Virus record (IMG/VR): IMGVR_UViG_3300006735_000001
Location: 32,001 to 96,000 of that record
Length of the DNA stretch: 64,000 nucleotides
From: a virus
Strand: one strand, 5' to 3'
How positions within the stretch are numbered: position 1 is the first letter of the stretch; every line of letters begins with the position of its first letter. Positions 27,302-36,154 of the stretch are shown in pieces. A program made the translations under genes and the position numbers. Below the pieces are notes generated by a model, which was given only the letters and a program-made list of their open reading frames with translations, was not told the DNA's origin and searched no databases.

Positions 27302-27804
27302 TCTCTTCTAGGAATTCCTTTACTTTTTACTACACTAGGAACCCGTGGTTTTGAGTTTGTATTATTTCGCTGTACATTAATAGTAGATCTTGTATTATTT
27401 ATATTGTTATTCCAACTTTGTATATTTATATTTGATCTACTGTTGACAGGCGGGACTACAATATTATTACTAGTTCTTGGGCCATTTATTCTAACTCTTG
27501 GTTTCTCAACCTTATCCGGCTTAATATATAGATCTCTAAAATACCATGTCTGTGGTCTATATATTTGATACCCAAAGTTATAGGGCTGGTTCCAATAGTA
27601 GTTATTCCAATTATTGAATCTATAGTTATCAAATACATTTACATAATTATACTTCTGGAATTCTTTTATAGGTATAGCAACTGTATCGCCTGCAGATGTT
27701 ATAGTTAAGACTTTAGTAATTTTTAATTTAGGTGTAGTCTCTAAGTTATAAACTCCACAACTCAAAATACTATGCAAGCATAATAGTAATATTAATTTTT
27801 TCAT
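27298..27804 (-). CDS. lipoprotein with N/R-rich low-complexity tail
   Basis: MKK + hydrophobic + ILSC lipobox. Confidence 0.65.
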   Translation of the reverse strand: MKKLILLLCLHSILSCGVYNLETTPKLKITKVLTITSAGDTVAIPIKEFQKYNYVNVFDNYRFNNWNNYYWNQPYNFGYQIYRPQTWYFRDLYIKPDKVEKPRVRINGPRTSNNIVVPPVNSRSNINIQSWNNNINNTRSTINVQRNNTNSKPRVPSVVKSKGIPRRD

Positions 27805-28205
27805 AAGCCTCGTTTATTGGTGTTAAGTGTTTTTTTCTTACCCCCGTCATAGACATATGCATGCCCTTCTTCTATTAAAGTTTTACAGACATCAATCTGC
27901 AAGCCTTGTTCATTCTTTATAAATACTTCTGCAAGAACCCTGCCGTACTTTCCAGTACCGTATGAGCGTATTCGGAAGAAACTCTTATCACACGTCTGTT
28001 CTGTCAGCATTTCTTTAGTTCGTGCCTTAGCCGCAAGTCCTTTTTCTTTCTCTTCTAAATCCTTCGTTCTGCACTCCCAAGTATCTAAACCGTAAAATCT
28101 AATTCTCTTTTTGACCCAGGTATCAAAACCTAAATCAATCATTGCGTCCACAGTATCTCCGTCAACTACTCGTAATAGTCTAGCTTTATATATATATTTT
28201 TCCAT
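27801..28205 (-). CDS. SNase/thermonuclease-like nuclease
   Basis: RVVDGDT, RIRFYGLDT.E, GKYGRVLA, L..EGHA..Y. Confidence 0.9.
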   Translation of the reverse strand: MEKYIYKARLLRVVDGDTVDAMIDLGFDTWVKKRIRFYGLDTWECRTKDLEEKEKGLAAKARTKEMLTEQTCDKSFFRIRSYGTGKYGRVLAEVFIKNEQGLQIDVCKTLIEEGHAYVYDGGKKKTLNTNKRGL

Positions 28206-28209
28206 AATA

Positions 28210-28608
28210 TTAAAATTGACTTGCCTCAGATAAGTCGTTTATATCAGACTGTAACTTATCTAGATCTACAGGACACTCAAGATCTAATCCGGCTTTATAT
28301 GTAAATTCTTTGAAACCCTCTTTAAATATTATAAGTGTGGGGGCCATGCGTATTCTATATTTTTTCTTTGAATCTGGTGAGTCAGCTATATTACATCTAT
28401 AGTATTTAACTCCTGTAAGTTTTTCCCAGTCTTGAAAAGCATTGTCTTTATTAAAGTCTGCATAAAACTCAATTACAACTATCTCATAATCTTCTTCAAA
28501 AGCATTGTTACCTGAAATGGCACTATCAAACTCTTTATCTGTTACCCAGTCTTGGGCCACTACTTGTGTCCCTACTAGCAGTAATAATAATGTTAGTAAG
28601 TACCTCAT
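28210..28608 (-). CDS. exported thioredoxin-fold protein lacking CxxC
   Basis: Signal peptide ..VVA|Q; VVIEFYADFN; KKYRIR.APTLIIFKEG. Confidence 0.65.
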   Translation of the reverse strand: MRYLLTLLLLLVGTQVVAQDWVTDKEFDSAISGNNAFEEDYEIVVIEFYADFNKDNAFQDWEKLTGVKYYRCNIADSPDSKKKYRIRMAPTLIIFKEGFKEFTYKAGLDLECPVDLDKLQSDINDLSEASQF

Positions 28609-28611
28609 AGC

Positions 28612-28902
28612 TTATTTTTTGGTTAGATCATAGATTCTCTCTTCCATCTTCTCAAACTTTTCTAGCAGCATCTCTACATCTTCTTGAGTTTCCATTATAG
28701 TCTGTCTGACAAGTTCATCTTTAAGATCATACTCAACTCTATTTATTGGTGGTTCAGGCATTTCCATTGCATGAGCTATATCAGCTTGAAGTGTAAACCA
28801 CATTGTTGCTAATGTAATTGTAAACCCTACAATCATACCTATTGTTTTTAAATCTAAAGTTACTTTAGTTTCTTCTCCTATCTGTGGTGCCTGTTGTGCC
28901 AT
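28612..28902 (-). CDS. single-TM coiled-coil protein
   Basis: TM IGMIVGFTITLATMWF then heptad-rich C-terminus. Confidence 0.7.
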   Translation of the reverse strand: MAQQAPQIGEETKVTLDLKTIGMIVGFTITLATMWFTLQADIAHAMEMPEPPINRVEYDLKDELVRQTIMETQEDVEMLLEKFEKMEERIYDLTKK

Positions 28903-28908
28903 TATTTA

Positions 28909-30144
28909 TTATTTAAATGAAAAGTTTAAACCTATACTACTTTGGTATAACTCACTATCCCAGAATTTACCATATTCTCCTTCTATAAAGACACCAAAGT
29001 TTTTACTTAATTTCCATCCTAGATTGATACCTAGATTGTAATCTTCCCATTGTTCATGCTGTGAGTCTTCTATTAGTCCGCCTTTACCCCAGTTGTTTCT
29101 ATTTAAATAACTAAAGTCCTCATCCCCAGTAATATATGTGTGATTGGGTAATATATAATTAGCATAAGCATGTAACCAAAATTTACTCTTATAATGATAG
29201 AAGTCAAAACCTACTATAGGTGCTATCTCTCCAAATTCACTAATAAGGTCCCATTGTTCATTATTATATCTATTAATAAGATCTCTAAATACTGAATTTC
29301 TAAAATCTAAATCTGAGTATGCCACTATATTTCCGTCTGCATCTTTCCAAATCCAGTCTTGTCTTTCTTCACCTGTGGTCACATCCGTGTAAGTTGTATA
29401 ATGATCTGTGTATCCATATTCAAAACCTAAAGAATACCATGGATTAATAGGGTACTCAACAACTTCACCTTCAGGTGTTGTAAATGTTTCTGTTTCATTC
29501 AACCATATTTCAATGGGGTTATATCCGTAAGCACGCTCATGAGTACGGTAGATAGCACCAGCTGAAATACTAAACTTTTTTCCAATAGGCAAGCGTAGTC
29601 TGGCCTCAGCAGACTTATAGTTTAGGTTAATACTTCCTACTTCTCTTGATTCAGCTTTAATTATATGATATTTACCTGTATGCTTAACAAATATTCTATG
29701 ATTATTGAATTCTTCTCCACGGAGTCTTTCTTTTTCTATGTGAAACTGATACTCTAATCCTGCTAGAGCAGAGGTTGGTGCAGTAAATGCCAGTTGTTGT
29801 TCTGTACCATCATACCAATTTCTTGGTTTTCTTTCATAGCTAAATCTGGCCAGCTTTCTGATTCCAAATCCTATTCTATAATCAAAGTCATAGTACTCTG
29901 TTACATCTACTACACGGGGTATACCATAAAGATCTCCTTCATCAGGTCTCTCTACAAAAAAGTCTTGTCTGCTTGTCTGATAGGAATTACGTGCATCACC
30001 TGCTGCATATACAGTTCCATACTGTAAAAAGTCTTGGTATAATGCCTTGAAGAACTTACCTTTTTCTTTTACTTCTTGTGAGTGAGAAGCATTAGGTAAA
30101 AACAAAAGTAGTATAAAAACCAACAGACTTAAATAGTTTTTCAT
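28909..30144 (-). CDS. putative outer-membrane beta-barrel protein
   Basis: Signal peptide ..SHS|Q; many alternating aromatic strands; C-terminal SIGLNFSFK beta-signal-like end. Confidence 0.65.
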   Translation of the reverse strand: MKNYLSLLVFILLLFLPNASHSQEVKEKGKFFKALYQDFLQYGTVYAAGDARNSYQTSRQDFFVERPDEGDLYGIPRVVDVTEYYDFDYRIGFGIRKLARFSYERKPRNWYDGTEQQLAFTAPTSALAGLEYQFHIEKERLRGEEFNNHRIFVKHTGKYHIIKAESREVGSINLNYKSAEARLRLPIGKKFSISAGAIYRTHERAYGYNPIEIWLNETETFTTPEGEVVEYPINPWYSLGFEYGYTDHYTTYTDVTTGEERQDWIWKDADGNIVAYSDLDFRNSVFRDLINRYNNEQWDLISEFGEIAPIVGFDFYHYKSKFWLHAYANYILPNHTYITGDEDFSYLNRNNWGKGGLIEDSQHEQWEDYNLGINLGWKLSKNFGVFIEGEYGKFWDSELYQSSIGLNFSFK

Positions 30145-30188
30145 ATTTAAAGTTTAATATTAATCTAGTTTAATGTTGGTCTATAAAT

Positions 30189-30198
30189 ATAATATACA
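30189..30198 (-). promoter_or_regulatory. putative late promoter motif TGTATATTAT
   Basis: Second exact copy, 45 bp upstream of the ATG at 30144. Confidence 0.55.
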
Positions 30199-30241
30199 GA
30201 TAAAAGTTTAAATTTCTAAATATTAAACCTGCAAATTTGTC

Positions 30242-33200
30242 TTATTTAATAAAGAAATCTTCCATAGTGGAGTAACTACGCCATTTATTAAACGTATGTA
30301 ATATTGGTAATGCATCTCCCCAGTTTTTCCATAATTTTAATTTACCTTTTCTTTTTCCTTGTTGATAGTATACATCTTTGTTAGCTTTAACATCTAAGTC
30401 ACTTTGTACCATATAGTAAAAAGGTGTTTCTAAAGTCATCCATAGTGCCTCTGATAATTCTCCCATTGTTCTTGTTGAAGCAATAGGTGATTTAACCATT
30501 TGCATTTGTTGAGTACCACCAGCTATAGGAAGGAACATTACTAATTCAAATAAAGTTCTATCTGCTTGATATTTTACAACATTTTTCAAACGTTTAACTG
30601 TTTCACTATCATCATCATCACCAGATAAAATAGAGCTAAAGATTATTGAAGTTATTAATACACTCATCATAATACCTATCTCACCCATAGTTCTATAAAA
30701 ACCTTGAAGTTTATTCATAGCTCTTTGGTCTTTGTTACCACCCTCTCCAGTATACCCATAGTCTGCTAAAAAACCATCTTTATAGTTAGTTCTGATTTCT
30801 CCTTTTTTAACCTGCTCAAATACATAACTTAAAAACTTCATAAAGGATACATATCTACCTTCCATAAATCCTAAGTTTTCATCAAAGTATTCTGTTTGAT
30901 ATCTTGCTCTAATTGCAGGAGCAACCCACTTATGAAATTGTGCAGCCAATTTACCAACAGTAATAGATTGCATAACCATTCTATCTTCTTTAGCATAGTT
31001 ACCATGAATCTGTTTATTGACTTCTCTTATTTCATTTCTAATATCATATCTTATTTTATTATACCATTTTTCAAAAGAAACATTACCTTCAGGATTAAAT
31101 GTATCTGACTTACCATTTATTCTAATAATAGTATCAAATCCAGGTCTTAATTCATTTTTATGTGTTTCTGGATTATAATCAAAGGCATCATAAAATGAAA
31201 TTTGTTCCTCAGTCTTACTATTTTTTACTTGCGTATCAATCAAAATAGCCATACCATTTTTTGTTTGTACATTATATTCTGCCGCATCCTGTAGTATATA
31301 ACCCCACTCAGCTGCACGTGCAAACCAACTCTTATTATTTGATGTTGACTCTGTCTGTTCACGCAATTGAGACATGGGGTCCATCATTCTAAAAGAATCT
31401 ACAAAAGCTTCATATTTACTATTAGGCTTAGTAGAATCATATGAGCTAACATTTGCTCCTGGTATTAAGCCTACAGTAATTAAGTTTCCAAAATCTTTAG
31501 CACCTGTATGAGAAGTTCTATAAATTAAATCAGGAATTGCTCTTTTGTTAAATATCATTTCAGCTCTAACGTAAGCTGATCTGCTATAGAATCTACCCCC
31601 TAATGCTTCAATAGCATTATTTATTCTACCAATAACATAGTTATTAAAGTTACCAAATGGATTAAATGCTACATATGCTAATGAAGATATTTGTATAAGT
31701 CCATCTGCAATTTTATCCCAAGCACCCTTACTTACATTTTCGTTATCATAGTAAACCATGCTCATAAACTTTTTAGCACGTCTGACTATGTTTGCTTCTA
31801 CTTGTGTTTCAGATTGTTTCTTACCAATTTTTTTAAATACTCCATTAATTACCTTACCTAAGTCTAAAGAAGGATCAGAATCCCCATATTCTCTTTGTCC
31901 AATCACCTGCAGATAGGCTCTTAACGTATCTTCTATTTCACCCATAACAGAATAATTTTCTGCCATTGCTGTAAAAGCTAAAATACTTTCTCCTAAATCT
32001 GTATTTATTTCACCAACAGTTGGAGTTGCTTCTAGTTGTTGGACCTTACCTCTTAGTGCATACATTTTTTCTTTATACTCATCTTTTTTAATATTCCCTT
32101 TCTTACGTTCTTCTTTTAAATCAGATATTTGTTTTTCTAATTCTACTATTGCCTCTGTATCTTTCGGACTACCCACATAATAAATAGGTAATGAAGAAAC
32201 AATATTTCCTAATTCATCTGTAACAATTGTCTTTTCACTATAAGTTCCTGTAAATGCACCCCAAGCTTCTTTACTAATAATTTTGCTAAAGACTTTATTT
32301 ACAAAAGTAGGTTTCTTAGTCATGTCTTTAATAAACTTATCCTTCTGTAGTGGTACCTTATTTATCATCATTGTTCTTATACCTGGGTCTAGTTTGGATA
32401 ATAACTCATCTTGATATAAGTCCAGAACAATATTTTCATAAAATTCTTTTTGTGCAACACCTAATGCATCTGTAGGATTCATTATTTCTATATATTGCTT
32501 ACTCATCATATTAGTGCCATCTGCTGCTACATCTCTAACCTCTATAAACTCTGGCTTAACAAAAGGTCTGCTAGGCTTAACATTTTCAACAACCACACCA
32601 TTAAATTTACCATCAACTTTTATTGCCTTTGTATAAGGATTTGGAGTTTGATAATATTTATTTTCATATACTGCAAACTCTCCAGTACCCACATACTTAT
32701 TTCTAACCAACCAATATCCAGGGGATCCTTCATTTCCCGGATTCCATACTTCATACTTATCTCTAGCATTTTTAAACTCTTGTGTATATTGATGATAATT
32801 ACCTGCTACAGGCTGACCAGTTTCTGGATCTTTTTGTTCAGCTCTTAAAAATAATCCAAAGTCTTCTTTAGCTTGAGCAAGCCTAATGTTGTTTTTTATA
32901 TCTTCTTCAGATGCTACATCTAAATCACTTACAGGTGCATAAACATATTTTGTACCTGTGTTATCAGATAAAGGTGCATAAAATTGTGCTTTAAGTATAT
33001 CATACTGTGCACCAATTCTTTGAACAATATCATTTCTAATACCACCTTGATCATCTTGTGCAAAGGCAAACTTAAATGCTTCTTTTCCTTCAAGTCCTGA
33101 TAGTTGTAATACTGGGTTGGCAAATCTAGCAATTCTATCTTTTTGTAATTGTACTTGATCTAATAATTCTTGATTTTTAGATTTAAACATTTTTGCCATA

Positions 33201-36151
33201 AGCGCTAACATTACATCTGGAGATGTATCCATATCTCTTGTTTGTAACTCAGTGCCGTTTATATCTTTAGTATATCTAATAAGCTCTTCTAAATTTTCTT
33301 CAGTAAATAAACTATTGATACCACCATAATCTCTATTAGATCTTGCCTTAATATCTGCCTTTACAAAATCATCTACAGCAGTTCTAATAATAGGAGGTTG
33401 ATCTCCAACACCTTCCTTTAACTCATTCAATAAACTTGTTAATCTAAAATATAAAGACTTCTGTACAGCATTAAGATCTTTGTTATCTTTCAATTGATGT
33501 AGTCCTCTGAAAGTCGCTGCAAATCTATTATAATTTAAAACATATGTTATGTAGTTTCCATCATCCATATTACTAGGATCTAAAACATACTCTTTAAATG
33601 CTTTAATTTCATCTATAGAGTCTTTTAAAAATGATGTGTATGCTGAACTTGCTTTTATACCACCTTCTTGTAATGCATAACCTATGTAAGATATATGCAT
33701 TGCAATTCTATCTCTTTGCTCAAGTTTAGTTCTATTTCTAAAGATATTACTTCTTATAGCTTTTTCAGCTTCTTGTACTGATATAAGACCAATTCTAAAA
33801 TTTTCTAGTGCAGCAAGTATAGAATTATATTCTGGATATACTTGTTTATTTATAGTACCTTCTTCATCACTAAAGTCTTCATCTTTTCCACGGTAAGGTT
33901 TGTTAGGATCCCCTTGTGTTTGTCTATCAAGTTTATCTGCTTCAAAATTATCTAATGTTGCAGGTATAATTTTATTTATTTGAGGTTTGAATTGACCTGG
34001 TGGATGTTTTGTCACACCTTCAAACTTAATAGTACCAAAAGTTTTATCCTTTACAATTTTTATACCTTTTTCATTTCTTAATGTCTCACCGTCTTTAGTT
34101 TCATACACATCTTTTATTCCTGTACTAAAATGTAAAGTAACTACGTCAGATCCGTCCTCACTAAAATCAAATTCATATCCCATATTCTCCAACATCCTTC
34201 TATAGAGATTTACCTGAAACATTTGTTGAGTCTTTAAGGTCATACTATCCACACCTGCATTAAATACTAAACTACCACTTTGTTCAGGTTTGAATGGATA
34301 TGATGTATCGCTATATGGATTTATAACTGGATCCCCTACCTTCTGACCTTTTCTCTTCTCATATATACTATTCTTAGATGTTTTAAGATCTAGTATTTTA
34401 ATCTTACCTTCTTCTGTAATAATTATTACATCAGCTGTACCTGCAATTTCAGTTGCCTTATCAAAAAGAGTAACTTGTGTTAACATGATTGAGCCAGCAG
34501 GCCTAAATGTATCTAATGCAGTTTCCAAAGCAATTGATATTCTAGTTACATCTTCAACTTGCATTTGATCTAAAGAAGCTTTTAGTACTCTAAGTTGAAA
34601 TGATTTTGTTCCTGCAATTGATGAATCCTCTGGAGACTGTGCAATTTCTTTTTCTAACTTATCTATTTTTAATTTAGTATCCTTAGTAATGTTCTCTAAC
34701 ATTTGTTCTGGAGTAAATAAAATAGAATTTGATTGCATATTAGTTACAACATAATCTAATAATGCATCTACTTGATTACCTACTTCTATTTCTAAAGTAG
34801 CATCATAATCTATCTGTAAATCACCTTTGATAACATTAGTTACTGATCTGTATTCTTTACCTGTGTTTAAGTTATAATATTTATGGTCTGGTTCGTTTAA
34901 TGCTACTATATCAGTAGGGGTATCCACATTTGCATTTACAGCTAATGTAGATACTTCTTCATCTAATTTAGTAGATACCATAGTCATTCTATCTACTAGA
35001 GTTCTCTGCAGTGAGTTACCTTTACTTTTAGCAGCATCAACTTGTTTTTGTTTTTCATTTGATAAACTAAATCTCACTCTCCCATTAGTAGGTACATCAA
35101 GTTTGAACTCTATTCCTTCTGTATTTAGAAGTTTAGCAATATCTGTAAGAGTTGTATTAGGATTTATTGCTGTAACTGGTATAGCTCTACCGGTAAGATA
35201 TTCATTTAAATTCTTTATAACTCCACTGAACCATTCTAAAAAATCTTTTATCTTATCTAAAAAAGATTTGGTTGGTTTAGTTTCATATTCTCTTTTAAAG
35301 TGTCTAGTTAATGCTTGCGTTACTATTTCTATGTTTCTATCTGTCTCATTAAAACCCCTATCATTATTATAAGTATCTTTTATTTCTTGCACCATTGATG
35401 GAAATGTTTTGCTAGCCTCAGCTAATAAACCATCATATAGTTCTTTATTATCTAATCTAACAGACTCTATAAAGGGGTGCATCATTTCTTCTATAGCAGT
35501 TTCATCTGTAACTCTTCCTTGAATTAAATAAGCTGTGCCATCTACATAAAATGAGTTTGCGTCTTGTTTTATTGAGTTAGGAAATGATTTTAGTAGAACA
35601 TTTGCTTGACCGGGTGTAATCATTTTTACTTTTATACCAGGGAATAACCTCATAAGATGAGTTACAACTGCTCTTGATCTAGGAGTATCCCACCCCCTTG
35701 ATTTATCTATCATATCTTTAGGAGAAAACATATCGTCATTTACAGTAACTCTAAATGATTCTTTTGTTCTTGTAAGGCTAATTGTATCTTGAGGAATATT
35801 ATTTATATCTAAATATCTTTTTAACCTTTTAACGTTAGATTGCAAAAACATTTCATCATATTCTCTTGTAGCTGGATTTGAATTGTTTACATAGAAAGAA
35901 TCTTTAAAGTTATGACCTATCCTTTCTCTGCGTAAATTAGATAATAAAGACTCACCAAATAGTTTTTGCTTTAAAGAGAATGATTTTTTCTTTTGATTTA
36001 AATAAGTTTCAACTTCAAAAGGTGTTGGAAAAACATTTGTATTATTTACATCTTGCCAACCATTAATAATATTATTAGTGTCTATTTCACTTTTATATAT
36101 ATTATTAATTATCTGATAACCCGGATCATTTATATTAAAACACTTAGCCAT
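30242..36151 (-). CDS. giant virion/injected protein with degenerate zincin-like and PD-(D/E)xK nuclease domains
   Basis: EEMMH; IAGTADVIII...ILDLKTS...Q...Y; hydrophobic segments near the C-terminus; adjacent to the RNAP gene. Confidence 0.7.
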   Translation of the reverse strand: MAKCFNINDPGYQIINNIYKSEIDTNNIINGWQDVNNTNVFPTPFEVETYLNQKKKSFSLKQKLFGESLLSNLRRERIGHNFKDSFYVNNSNPATREYDEMFLQSNVKRLKRYLDINNIPQDTISLTRTKESFRVTVNDDMFSPKDMIDKSRGWDTPRSRAVVTHLMRLFPGIKVKMITPGQANVLLKSFPNSIKQDANSFYVDGTAYLIQGRVTDETAIEEMMHPFIESVRLDNKELYDGLLAEASKTFPSMVQEIKDTYNNDRGFNETDRNIEIVTQALTRHFKREYETKPTKSFLDKIKDFLEWFSGVIKNLNEYLTGRAIPVTAINPNTTLTDIAKLLNTEGIEFKLDVPTNGRVRFSLSNEKQKQVDAAKSKGNSLQRTLVDRMTMVSTKLDEEVSTLAVNANVDTPTDIVALNEPDHKYYNLNTGKEYRSVTNVIKGDLQIDYDATLEIEVGNQVDALLDYVVTNMQSNSILFTPEQMLENITKDTKLKIDKLEKEIAQSPEDSSIAGTKSFQLRVLKASLDQMQVEDVTRISIALETALDTFRPAGSIMLTQVTLFDKATEIAGTADVIIITEEGKIKILDLKTSKNSIYEKRKGQKVGDPVINPYSDTSYPFKPEQSGSLVFNAGVDSMTLKTQQMFQVNLYRRMLENMGYEFDFSEDGSDVVTLHFSTGIKDVYETKDGETLRNEKGIKIVKDKTFGTIKFEGVTKHPPGQFKPQINKIIPATLDNFEADKLDRQTQGDPNKPYRGKDEDFSDEEGTINKQVYPEYNSILAALENFRIGLISVQEAEKAIRSNIFRNRTKLEQRDRIAMHISYIGYALQEGGIKASSAYTSFLKDSIDEIKAFKEYVLDPSNMDDGNYITYVLNYNRFAATFRGLHQLKDNKDLNAVQKSLYFRLTSLLNELKEGVGDQPPIIRTAVDDFVKADIKARSNRDYGGINSLFTEENLEELIRYTKDINGTELQTRDMDTSPDVMLALMAKMFKSKNQELLDQVQLQKDRIARFANPVLQLSGLEGKEAFKFAFAQDDQGGIRNDIVQRIGAQYDILKAQFYAPLSDNTGTKYVYAPVSDLDVASEEDIKNNIRLAQAKEDFGLFLRAEQKDPETGQPVAGNYHQYTQEFKNARDKYEVWNPGNEGSPGYWLVRNKYVGTGEFAVYENKYYQTPNPYTKAIKVDGKFNGVVVENVKPSRPFVKPEFIEVRDVAADGTNMMSKQYIEIMNPTDALGVAQKEFYENIVLDLYQDELLSKLDPGIRTMMINKVPLQKDKFIKDMTKKPTFVNKVFSKIISKEAWGAFTGTYSEKTIVTDELGNIVSSLPIYYVGSPKDTEAIVELEKQISDLKEERKKGNIKKDEYKEKMYALRGKVQQLEATPTVGEINTDLGESILAFTAMAENYSVMGEIEDTLRAYLQVIGQREYGDSDPSLDLGKVINGVFKKIGKKQSETQVEANIVRRAKKFMSMVYYDNENVSKGAWDKIADGLIQISSLAYVAFNPFGNFNNYVIGRINNAIEALGGRFYSRSAYVRAEMIFNKRAIPDLIYRTSHTGAKDFGNLITVGLIPGANVSSYDSTKPNSKYEAFVDSFRMMDPMSQLREQTESTSNNKSWFARAAEWGYILQDAAEYNVQTKNGMAILIDTQVKNSKTEEQISFYDAFDYNPETHKNELRPGFDTIIRINGKSDTFNPEGNVSFEKWYNKIRYDIRNEIREVNKQIHGNYAKEDRMVMQSITVGKLAAQFHKWVAPAIRARYQTEYFDENLGFMEGRYVSFMKFLSYVFEQVKKGEIRTNYKDGFLADYGYTGEGGNKDQRAMNKLQGFYRTMGEIGIMMSVLITSIIFSSILSGDDDDSETVKRLKNVVKYQADRTLFELVMFLPIAGGTQQMQMVKSPIASTRTMGELSEALWMTLETPFYYMVQSDLDVKANKDVYYQQGKRKGKLKLWKNWGDALPILHTFNKWRSYSTMEDFFIK

Positions 36152-36154
36152 AAT

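Noticed and set aside
28612-28902. i-spanin/o-spanin call for the TM coiled-coil protein and the lipoprotein
   Set aside because: The genes are not nested or adjacent and no endolysin is nearby; kept only as an alternative hypothesis
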